Assembly (NCBI GenBank): GCA_028713535.1
Contig: JAQTOC010000001.1
Coordinates: forward strand, 49,573 to 113,572
Direction of reading: 5' to 3'
DNA from: Candidatus Nanoarchaeia archaeon
GTDB lineage: Archaea; Nanobdellota; Nanobdellia; SCGC-AAA011-G17; JACPNG01
Length of the DNA: 64,000 nucleotides
Shown here: positions 56,703 to 64,000 of the stretch, in pieces
Layout: each line of letters starts with the position of its first letter
Position numbering within the stretch: position 1 is the stretch's first letter
The notes under the pieces: generated by a model
Databases searched by the model: none
Told to the model about the DNA's origin: nothing
Seen by the model: the letters and a program-made list of their open reading frames with translations, nothing else
Translations under genes and position numbers: made by a program

Positions 56703-57317
56703 ATGCTTGAGAACACAGTTCAGAACGGACCAGAAAGTCAGTGGAGTTTTCAGAGGTTAAAAGAGACTGGGTTTGAGTTATCGCTTAATCTTAGAGCAAG
56801 ACATAATCGTGAGACATATCATTCTTATGGGGCAGTTATTCTTGCAAGCTCATTTATGAGGGAGAAAATAACCCCGTATGTTTCAGCTTTAAAATCAAAA
56901 AAGATTTTACCTTTTGTTGCTAAAAATTTAGATTTTTTTATGTATGCTGTTTCTGAGTTAAGACCAGCGATTGTTGTGGTTGATCCCAGGATTGGTTTGC
57001 CTAGCTCTACAAGCAAATATTTTCATCATGAATTTGTTAATGAATTAAGGAATATGATTGGACCAGATTTTGAGGATAATCAAAGACTTTTTTATGAAGG
57101 AGCTATAATAGGGATTTGCCCGAGTGATAAAATGTCTTTAGAGCAGAGAGAAAATTTTTATGAGAGCAGGGGCTGGAATTATTTTACAGGTAGGTTAAAT
57201 AAAGGGCTGGTTGATTTACTTTTTGATCCTAAAGACTTGGATCCGAATGAATTTGTTAAAGTTTTAGACAGGTATAGACTCGGAGATGAATTTTTTAAAG
57301 CTTTTATGGATAAATAA
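56703..57317 (+). CDS. hypothetical protein
   Basis: 204-aa ORF. Confidence 0.4.
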   Translation: MLENTVQNGPESQWSFQRLKETGFELSLNLRARHNRETYHSYGAVILASSFMREKITPYVSALKSKKILPFVAKNLDFFMYAVSELRPAIVVVDPRIGLPSSTSKYFHHEFVNELRNMIGPDFEDNQRLFYEGAIIGICPSDKMSLEQRENFYESRGWNYFTGRLNKGLVDLLFDPKDLDPNEFVKVLDRYRLGDEFFKAFMDK

Positions 57318-57321
57318 TCAG

Positions 57322-58398
57322 TTAGTCTATAAATTCTTTATTCTTAATCTTTTCAGGAAGATACTTTTCAGATATAAAAGAGATTCCTCGTGCGCTTAAT
57401 GCCTGGATTTCTGCCTTGGCTTTTAGTTTTTTAAGTTCTGTTAATTGATGCTGCCAAGCCTTGTTATCCTTGAACCAGTCATAATCCTTTATCTGGTCGA
57501 TTCTTTTAATATCAACGTCTTTGAATTTAATTAGGTTAGACTCAAGCCCGTATTTTTTAATGTCATCTACAGTTATGCCCAAGAACTTGACTCCGGGGAT
57601 TGTTAACTGCTCTGACATATGAGCTAGTGAGATTGAGCCGTATTTTATTACAGAATAAATATAGAATCCCCATGGATCTAAATCTGTCAAAACATAAATT
57701 GGAAGTTTGTATTCATCGTACAATCTTTGCAGCAGTCTTCTGATGCCTCTTGTTGTTTGGCCCTGAGAGGACATAATCAAGCAATTTTGCTTTTCCCAGA
57801 ACTTATCTTCATGAAGCCTTTCCCATACTGCTGCTTTTTCCATATACAAGATATATTTTGCATTGACTTTTTTGAATTTTATTTCCTCGACATTACTTGG
57901 GATGCTCCATCCTCCAGAACCCATCTTTGACCAGTCAATTGTATCTCCCTTGTCTTCGACAATTACATTTCCTGCTACAGAACCATTTTTATTTGCGTTG
58001 ATGTTCAACTGCTCCCTTGAGCAGCCAGTAATCAATTCCATATCTTCGATGACAGAGTCGCTCTCTGCCTGGTCGTCAACAACGTTTGTTTTTGTTCCAG
58101 GGATAGTTCTTTTCATCTGGTAGAAAACATCCCTAAGAGAAGCGTGTTTTTTTTCCTTTAATAAGTTGTGGCTTATCCTTGCTATATCAACGGTCTGAAG
58201 GAATTTTTTTGAATGAGCTACATTGAAGAAGGATCTTGCTGCTGATTTGTTTCCTAATTTTAATGTAGCTGATTTTTTATCAAATTCAATGTTTGAGAGA
58301 CTTCTTAATGGGAATATCAGAGTTGGATTTTGTTTCTTGCTTATCTGAATTTCAAGTTTTTTTCCGAGTTCTTTTAGTTTAGCTTTGGCTTTCTCCAT
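57322..58398 (-). CDS. top6A: DNA topoisomerase VI subunit A (Spo11-like)
   Basis: Toprim YVLTDLDPWG; ~360 aa; downstream of and overlapping top6B. Confidence 0.85.
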   Translation of the reverse strand: MEKAKAKLKELGKKLEIQISKKQNPTLIFPLRSLSNIEFDKKSATLKLGNKSAARSFFNVAHSKKFLQTVDIARISHNLLKEKKHASLRDVFYQMKRTIPGTKTNVVDDQAESDSVIEDMELITGCSREQLNINANKNGSVAGNVIVEDKGDTIDWSKMGSGGWSIPSNVEEIKFKKVNAKYILYMEKAAVWERLHEDKFWEKQNCLIMSSQGQTTRGIRRLLQRLYDEYKLPIYVLTDLDPWGFYIYSVIKYGSISLAHMSEQLTIPGVKFLGITVDDIKKYGLESNLIKFKDVDIKRIDQIKDYDWFKDNKAWQHQLTELKKLKAKAEIQALSARGISFISEKYLPEKIKNKEFID

Positions 58399-59971
58399 TT
58401 TTTATAATCTCCTTTAGATTTTTATGAAGTATTGCATCAAGGTTTGCATGAATTGTTTTTTTGTCTTCTTCGCTTAGCTGGGCAATTGCGTTTGCCAGTT
58501 CTGGAATATATTTTTCAAATAAATTTGCCCTTTCTGTCTGCTGCCTTGCCTTGACGGTTTTTCTGATATGGCCTGCAAGTTTTCTTCCTACTTCCTGTAA
58601 GGCTAGTTTCATCTCTTTTAATATTTCAGGATAGTGAGCAATTGCCTCTTTGGATTCTGAAGTAAATGGAACCCAGACAGAAACCATATGTATCATTAAG
58701 GTTACTGGTCCAGAAGGCAAAGCTCCTTTTGATTGCGATAAACCGTAATTTTTCCAGGCAGTTGTTACAATTGCTTTGTTTGTTGCACAGGCTCCCTGCT
58801 GATACAACAATGGGACCCGGTTTGCAAACCTAATGACCCTTATCAAGTCATTTCCTTCCTCATCAATATTTATTTCACCACCGTATGAAAGGCCTACTTC
58901 TATCTGGAACGGGTTTCCCCTGTAGACTGCCGGAGGCCTTGTTGCTGCAGCATAAAACTCTGCATTGATCTCTTTTTTAAGGCCCTTGATTATTAATTCC
59001 TCCCCTATTGGAGATAGGCAGTTTGTTGGAGGCGCCATTATTTTTGTCTCCATAATGGACTTTAGCAAATTATCTGCTTCATGGGTTGCTATTTTTTCTG
59101 GTTTTGATTTTGGATCAAGCTTTGCTTTGTCGCATATTTGTTTTGCAACTGCTGGCGAGACCCTTGAAAAATCTGAGATAAGGAATGATGCTAGGTTTCT
59201 TGCCTTTGTTGTCTTAAGCATCTTGATAAGAATTCCCAGCTCTATTCCGTGAGGATGAGGCTTAATTTCTTTTGGCTCTTTTGGCAGGTCTTTTGTTGCT
59301 CTTGGAAATTCTATTACCTGGCCTTCTGGGCTTTTGTATGCAATCTTGATATGAGGATTTGCGATTGCAGTCTGTTTTAGGTATTCATCCACGCTTTGTT
59401 TTCCTTTTTGATATTTTGCTTCAAGTTCAATCTCAACTTTAGTTCCATGTTCAATTAACCATTCAACTTCACATTCCTTGATTATTTCTGGTTCGTTCTT
59501 CTGGGTGTTAATATTTAGTTCATAATAGTGAGCTGGTTTTTTTGGGGATATTCTCGAGGTAATCCTTGTTGGTTTTCCTGTTGTCAACTGGCCGTACATT
59601 CCTGCTGCGCTGATACCAATACCCTGCTGGCCACGCGACTGCTTCATCGTATGAAACTTGGAGCCATACAGCAGTTTAGCAAATATCCTTGGGATCTGTT
59701 CTTTTACAATTCCAGGACCGTTGTCCTGAACAATTACAAGAAACCTGTCTTCTGCTTTTTGGGTTACCTCTACATAAATATCAGGAGTCATTTTTGATTC
59801 TTCGCATGCATCAAGAGAATTATCCACTGCCTCTTTTATCGTTGTTAGAAGGGCTTTTCTCGGGTTATCAAAGCCAAGCAAGTGCCTGTTTTTCGTGAAG
59901 AATTCGGATACTGAGATTTCTCTCTGTTTTTTTGCAAGCTCTTCTGCTATTATAACCTCTTTTTTAACCAT
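58379..59971 (-). CDS. top6B: DNA topoisomerase VI subunit B (GHKL ATPase)
   Basis: Bergerat-fold motifs EAVDNSLDACEE, VQDNGPGI, GQQGIGISAAGMYGQ. Confidence 0.9.
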   Translation of the reverse strand: MVKKEVIIAEELAKKQREISVSEFFTKNRHLLGFDNPRKALLTTIKEAVDNSLDACEESKMTPDIYVEVTQKAEDRFLVIVQDNGPGIVKEQIPRIFAKLLYGSKFHTMKQSRGQQGIGISAAGMYGQLTTGKPTRITSRISPKKPAHYYELNINTQKNEPEIIKECEVEWLIEHGTKVEIELEAKYQKGKQSVDEYLKQTAIANPHIKIAYKSPEGQVIEFPRATKDLPKEPKEIKPHPHGIELGILIKMLKTTKARNLASFLISDFSRVSPAVAKQICDKAKLDPKSKPEKIATHEADNLLKSIMETKIMAPPTNCLSPIGEELIIKGLKKEINAEFYAAATRPPAVYRGNPFQIEVGLSYGGEINIDEEGNDLIRVIRFANRVPLLYQQGACATNKAIVTTAWKNYGLSQSKGALPSGPVTLMIHMVSVWVPFTSESKEAIAHYPEILKEMKLALQEVGRKLAGHIRKTVKARQQTERANLFEKYIPELANAIAQLSEEDKKTIHANLDAILHKNLKEIIKNGESQS

Positions 59972-59995
59972 TAACAGTTAGGTGGATTTAAGGGG

Positions 59996-60820
59996 TTAAT
60001 AAATATTTTCCTTTTTGACTATATAGAATATTTCGTTTTTTGTTTTGAATTTAATTGGATGTTTTACTAATTTGTTAAACCACGCCAGCCTTTTTACATT
60101 TAGATTTTTCCTGTACAGTGTCTTTGTGGGGAAGCTTATAACGAAGTATTTTGTAGAAATTGACTTTAGAAGTCTTCTTGAAATGCCTATTTTCAGTGTT
60201 TCAAGATTATCCAGGGCTTTAAAGATGAAACATATATCTGATTCTGGGAAGTTATTATTTTCTATGAGATTTTTTTGAAGAACTTCTGAATGAATGTTAT
60301 AAACTGGCTCTATTATGGAAAAATATTCTTTTAAGAATCTTATATCTTCTTTATTTAATTCAACTGCAATATAATTTATTTCTTTTAGGTTCATAAAGGG
60401 TATTGATACCGGATTAATGCCCGACGCCAAATCCAAGATTGTTCTTGGTTCTCCTGTTATTTCAAATATTTTTTTATAGATTTCCTCATAATCTTCCAGT
60501 CTTTCTTTTGAAGAGACATGCGTGTTTAAAATTTTTTTGTAGATTTCTTTGTTTAAAGGATCTTTTTTCAGCTGTTTTAATAGTAAATTTCTTTTTTTTA
60601 TTTCAGGATTAAATGCCCCGTAGACCTGCTCGAGATTCTTTCTTATTTCCTTTACCGCATTTTCATACTGCTTTCTCGAATTCAAATCAATCTTATTTTC
60701 CCTGAGATAGGATTCAATAATAGGCATGAGTATTTTATTATCAAGTTTTCTTATTATTTTATTAGAAACATTGGAATAAGATTTTTCTCTTTTGATATCA
60801 GTTATGATCTTGTTCAGCAT
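59996..60820 (-). CDS. putative class I SAM methyltransferase, possibly FmrO/ArmA/Rmt-like 16S rRNA methyltransferase family
   Basis: ILDLASGINP (cf. LDxxCGxNP motif I), ICFIFKAL, FVISFPTKTL blocks resembling ArmA/RmtB as recalled from memory; unverified. Confidence 0.35.
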   Translation of the reverse strand: MLNKIITDIKREKSYSNVSNKIIRKLDNKILMPIIESYLRENKIDLNSRKQYENAVKEIRKNLEQVYGAFNPEIKKRNLLLKQLKKDPLNKEIYKKILNTHVSSKERLEDYEEIYKKIFEITGEPRTILDLASGINPVSIPFMNLKEINYIAVELNKEDIRFLKEYFSIIEPVYNIHSEVLQKNLIENNNFPESDICFIFKALDNLETLKIGISRRLLKSISTKYFVISFPTKTLYRKNLNVKRLAWFNKLVKHPIKFKTKNEIFYIVKKENIY

Positions 60821-61328
60821 TTTTCTTTCTGTGAATTATGTAGTTGAATGCATTTACGTGGGGAGCTCCCTTTAATAGTTCTTCCACTCCTTCTTTAGCT
60901 ATTTCAACATTTTCATAACTTCCAAGGATTGCGACTGTTTTCCCATAGATTGAAATATGTGTGTTTGTCAATCTTTCAATTTCTTTTCTTGCTTTTCCTT
61001 CCTTACCAATCAACCTGGCTTTTATCCTTTTTTTTGCTTTGATTGAATCCCCAACATAATCTTCGATATTTATTATTTCAAGAATAGTGTTTTCATTTCT
61101 TAACATTGTTGCAAGTTTAGGATTAAAACCACGGGCTATGCACCTTATTGCAGGAGTTGCTTCAAAAATCTTTATGCTGTCTTCTGACTCAAGAGTGGCT
61201 GTGCATTCTTCTGAATCTACCTTGATCGCCACTCCGAAAAGCTTTTCCAGATTTTTTCTTACTGTTCCTTTTTTACCAATCAGGACTGCAATCCTGTCTT
61301 TTGGAACCTTTATTATTTCTTTGTACAT
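60798..61328 (-). CDS. KH-domain RNA-binding protein (aDim2/Pno1-like, two KH modules)
   Basis: IGKKGTVRKNLE and IGKEGKARKEIE GxxG loops; next to aIF-1A as in many archaea. Confidence 0.75.
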   Translation of the reverse strand: MYKEIIKVPKDRIAVLIGKKGTVRKNLEKLFGVAIKVDSEECTATLESEDSIKIFEATPAIRCIARGFNPKLATMLRNENTILEIINIEDYVGDSIKAKKRIKARLIGKEGKARKEIERLTNTHISIYGKTVAILGSYENVEIAKEGVEELLKGAPHVNAFNYIIHRKKNAEQDHN

Positions 61329-61329
61329 C

Positions 61330-61665
61330 TTAGAATTCTTCTAGATCTGAGAGTTTGTCTAGGAAGCCTTTTTTCTTTAACCAGTCTATCTGGTTTGGAG
61401 CGTATTTGTATAGAATATCTCCTTTGTCATCTCCTCCATATTCCCATTTTTCAACTAGGACGATATTGCCTTCTCTTACCCAGAGCTTTCTTTTTAATCT
61501 GCCTGGGATCCTGCAAACTCTTGTTCTTCCGTCTAGGCAGGCTACCCTTATCATTGAGGCTCCCAGCCTTTGCTGGACTATCCCAAGTGCTTCATTTGGT
61601 CTTGGAGTCTTTACTCTGAGGATTTCTCCTTCTTGGGGCTGTTCGTTATATCTCTTCTTGTCCAT
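61330..61665 (-). CDS. eif1a: translation initiation factor aIF-1A
   Basis: S1-like OB: GEILRVKTPRPNEALGIVQQRLGASMIRVACLDGRTRVCRIPGRLKRKLWVREGNIVLVEKWEY. Confidence 0.9.
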   Translation of the reverse strand: MDKKRYNEQPQEGEILRVKTPRPNEALGIVQQRLGASMIRVACLDGRTRVCRIPGRLKRKLWVREGNIVLVEKWEYGGDDKGDILYKYAPNQIDWLKKKGFLDKLSDLEEF

Positions 61666-61744
61666 AATTTAGCTGAGAATACGGGGTTTATAAACGTATT
61701 CATTTGCTCGATATTTTTATATAGTTTTTCTTGTTTCTGAGACT

Positions 61745-63196
61745 ATGGAAGATTTTAAAAATCTGGTTAAAGGGAAAGAATTTTACAAGTTTAAGTATTC
61801 TCCAAAGAAACAATATTTTTTCCCAATTTATACAATGGATTTATCATTAGTTTCTGAAAAACACAAAGAGTTTTTTGGAATGAACCTTTCTATGGTTGTT
61901 TTTTATGAGAAAAACGGAGAAGTTTCCTTTTATTATCCGAAGCAGGAATTTGACAGCCTTGCAAGCTTTCTTATTGACAGCTTCAAGGATAAAAAATATT
62001 TTAATGAGATTGTCCATGAGATTAAAAAGTGCAATAAAACTCTAAATAAACTCATAGATAAACTAGATGACTTGGAAAAAGAGATTAGCGATGAAAGGAT
62101 CCTTGAGATTTATTCTGATTATATCAAAACGCTTGTTGAATTCAGAATTTTTGCATTCATCCCCAATGTGGTTTCGATGATGGACTTTGACATAATGGAA
62201 ACATACAGGAATCTACTTTCAAGAGATGTTTCAAAACAGGATTTTTCTGTTTTGACTTCTTCTGATGAACTTTCTTTGTCTACACTTGCTGAAAAAGAAC
62301 TTTTGGAATTAGTTGCCAAGAATAAATTAGGTGATAAATATCTGAGTGAATGGATAGACAAATGGGGTTATCTGTATTATTATTACACTGGACCCCTTCC
62401 TGATTTGGAATCTGTCAGAAAGATGATATCTGACTTATGCAAGACTTATATGAACCCTGAAACGAGACTAAAAGAAATTAAAGGATATGAAAAAGAGATT
62501 AAATTAAAGAAGAAAGACCTTATTAAGAATTTAGAATTAACAAAACAGGATGTTTATCTGCTGGATGTTATTTCCTATCTTAATTATTACAAGCTTGAGA
62601 GAAAAGAGCTTATGCAGAAGAGTTATGTTGCTTTTGATAATTTATTTAGGATACTGGAAAAGAGAACAGAAATTAAAGTTGATGACCTTAAATTTTTGAC
62701 TCTGGACGAGACAAAAAGCTTATTGGAAGGAAAAAACTTTAACCCATTAATCGGGAAAAGAAAAAAAGAATTTTGCTATGTTGCAGCAGAAAATGAACTT
62801 AATTTTTTAGAGGACAGACATGCACAGGAATTGATTGATTCATTAAAAATATTTGTTTCTTCTGAAAGATTGCTTATTGCTTATTCTTCTGATGAAGTTA
62901 TTAGGGCAAAACTGATTATAGTTAACACAAAAGAAGATTTGAAGAAAGTGGAGGATATCAAAGAGCCATTTATCCTTGGAAGCCATTCTACTTCTCCTGA
63001 TTTGTTGCCTGCAATGGTTAGGTCTGCCGGTATAATTACTGAGATAGGAGGGATGACAAGCCATGCAGCTGTAGTTTCAAGAGAATTAAAGAAACCGTGC
63101 ATAGTCGGTTTCAAGAGTTTATTCAAGAAATTCAAGGAAGGAGACATGGTTGAATTAGATACTAAAAAAGGAGAGGTAAGGAGGGCTGGAAAATGA
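61745..63196 (+). CDS. PEP-utilising-enzyme mobile-domain protein, paralog 4
   Basis: C-terminal IITEIGGMTSHAAVVSRELKKPCIVGF...DMVELDTKKGEV; stop overlaps next ATG. Confidence 0.65.
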   Translation: MEDFKNLVKGKEFYKFKYSPKKQYFFPIYTMDLSLVSEKHKEFFGMNLSMVVFYEKNGEVSFYYPKQEFDSLASFLIDSFKDKKYFNEIVHEIKKCNKTLNKLIDKLDDLEKEISDERILEIYSDYIKTLVEFRIFAFIPNVVSMMDFDIMETYRNLLSRDVSKQDFSVLTSSDELSLSTLAEKELLELVAKNKLGDKYLSEWIDKWGYLYYYYTGPLPDLESVRKMISDLCKTYMNPETRLKEIKGYEKEIKLKKKDLIKNLELTKQDVYLLDVISYLNYYKLERKELMQKSYVAFDNLFRILEKRTEIKVDDLKFLTLDETKSLLEGKNFNPLIGKRKKEFCYVAAENELNFLEDRHAQELIDSLKIFVSSERLLIAYSSDEVIRAKLIIVNTKEDLKKVEDIKEPFILGSHSTSPDLLPAMVRSAGIITEIGGMTSHAAVVSRELKKPCIVGFKSLFKKFKEGDMVELDTKKGEVRRAGK

Positions 63197-63864
63197 GTTT
63201 GAAAATTAAGTGGATGGGATGGGCGAATTTTGTTGTTGAGTCTGGAAAAGAAGTCATTGCTTTTGACCCATTTTTTGAGTCTGACAAAAAAGCGGATGTT
63301 ATTTTTATTTCGCATGGGCATCCTGACCATTGTGATAAACAAGCAATTGAATCTTTGAAAAACGAAAATACTGTTTTTGTTACAAATAACTCTGTTGCTA
63401 AACAAATGAATTTTGGAGATGTATCTGTATTGAATACTGGAGACAAAAAGAAGATTAGGAATTTAAATGTTGAAGCGGTTTACGCATATAATCTTAATAT
63501 ACCTAACCATCAAAAAGGAGTTGACACTGGTTTTATTGTTGAGTTTGGCGGAAAAAGGATTTACCATACAGGAGATTCTGATTTAACAGATGAGATGAAG
63601 AATGTAAAAAACATTGATGTTTTGTTCTTGCCTGTTGGCGGAACTTTTACAATGGGAACTGACATGGGATTGGAAGCTATTAAGAGTATCAAACCCAAGA
63701 TTGTAATACCCATGCATTATGGGGAGATTGATGTTGTTTTTGGCGGCGAGAAGATGCATTTGAAACTTGATGCCGATGTTGGGGCATTCAAGAAGAAAGT
63801 TGAATCTGAAACTGCAACTAAAGTTTTTGTTGTGAAACCAGGACAGGAAATTGAAATAAACTAA
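63193..63864 (+). CDS. metallo-beta-lactamase-fold hydrolase (UPF0173-like)
   Basis: FISHGHPDHCD (HxHxDH), HTGDS, PMHYG. Confidence 0.8.
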   Translation: MSLKIKWMGWANFVVESGKEVIAFDPFFESDKKADVIFISHGHPDHCDKQAIESLKNENTVFVTNNSVAKQMNFGDVSVLNTGDKKKIRNLNVEAVYAYNLNIPNHQKGVDTGFIVEFGGKRIYHTGDSDLTDEMKNVKNIDVLFLPVGGTFTMGTDMGLEAIKSIKPKIVIPMHYGEIDVVFGGEKMHLKLDADVGAFKKKVESETATKVFVVKPGQEIEIN

Positions 63865-63882
63865 GTTTCGTCTTTATTAAAA

Positions 63883-64000
63883 ATGAGAAAGTATGAAATC
63901 TTGGACAGAAAGTCTAACATGTACCCCTCATTATGGGCTTGGGCTCTTATTGTTGGTTTTGTTGAAAGAGCTCCAAGAGTTGTTTTTAAGGGAAGGGATT
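63883..64000 (+). CDS. hypothetical protein, 3' partial (runs off window)
   Basis: ATG 63883, MRKYEILDRKSNMYPSLWAWALIVGF... hydrophobic. Confidence 0.3.
   Translation, partial: MRKYEILDRKSNMYPSLWAWALIVGFVERAPRVVFKGRD

Overview
This 64-kb window is AT-rich archaeal DNA with near gap-free, heavily overlapping gene packing. Archaeal identity is unambiguous from eL19, eL32, eS4, eL14, eL34, SUI1, Rpp29, an HMf-type histone, Topo VI A/B, aIF-1A, a PriS-type primase and SecY. Several reduced-genome traits point to a DPANN-like lineage, which is inference: a fused PriS-PriL primase, a MetRS split from its tRNA-binding domain, and a secY neighbourhood lacking adk and cmk. Main blocks are as follows. 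(1) 1-2.5 kb: three tandem paralogs of a protein family with a C-terminal PEP-utilising 'swivel' phospho-His domain; a fourth copy lies at 61.7-63.2 kb. (2) 3.4-6.4 kb: housekeeping genes (Trm5/Taw2-like methyltransferase, MazG-like, NUDIX). (3) 6.4-27.3 kb, all on the minus strand: a translationally coupled super-operon of about 21 kb. It encodes three giant proteins (1127, 1320 and 1450 aa) plus a 768-aa protein, all repeat-rich and dense in N-glycosylation sequons. Two of them carry cadherin-like repeats and both N- and C-terminal anchors. Small secreted and anchored proteins, including two paralogs, sit between them. The operon ends in a HerA/FtsK-superfamily (DUF87) P-loop ATPase whose start overlaps the stop of the cadherin-like giant. 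This is the most unusual feature and a candidate novel cell-surface or host-interaction apparatus. (4) 28-31.3 kb: two membrane proteins transcribed divergently from that operon. (5) 31.3-47.1 kb: primase, prefoldin alpha, L14e, L34e, an Oxa1-like DUF106 protein, SecY and the complete archaeal L3-to-L15 ribosomal protein operon with SUI1 and Rpp29 embedded. (6) 47.1-64 kb: a compositionally odd 1.6-kb spacer, histone, Zn-ribbon protein, GDP-mannose dehydratase, tRNA-Glu, GuaA, split MetRS, SemiSWEET, tRNA-Ile and tRNA-Asn, Topo VI B/A, a putative FmrO/ArmA-like methyltransferase, KH protein, aIF-1A and an MBL-fold hydrolase. No CRISPR array, transposase or integrase is visible.
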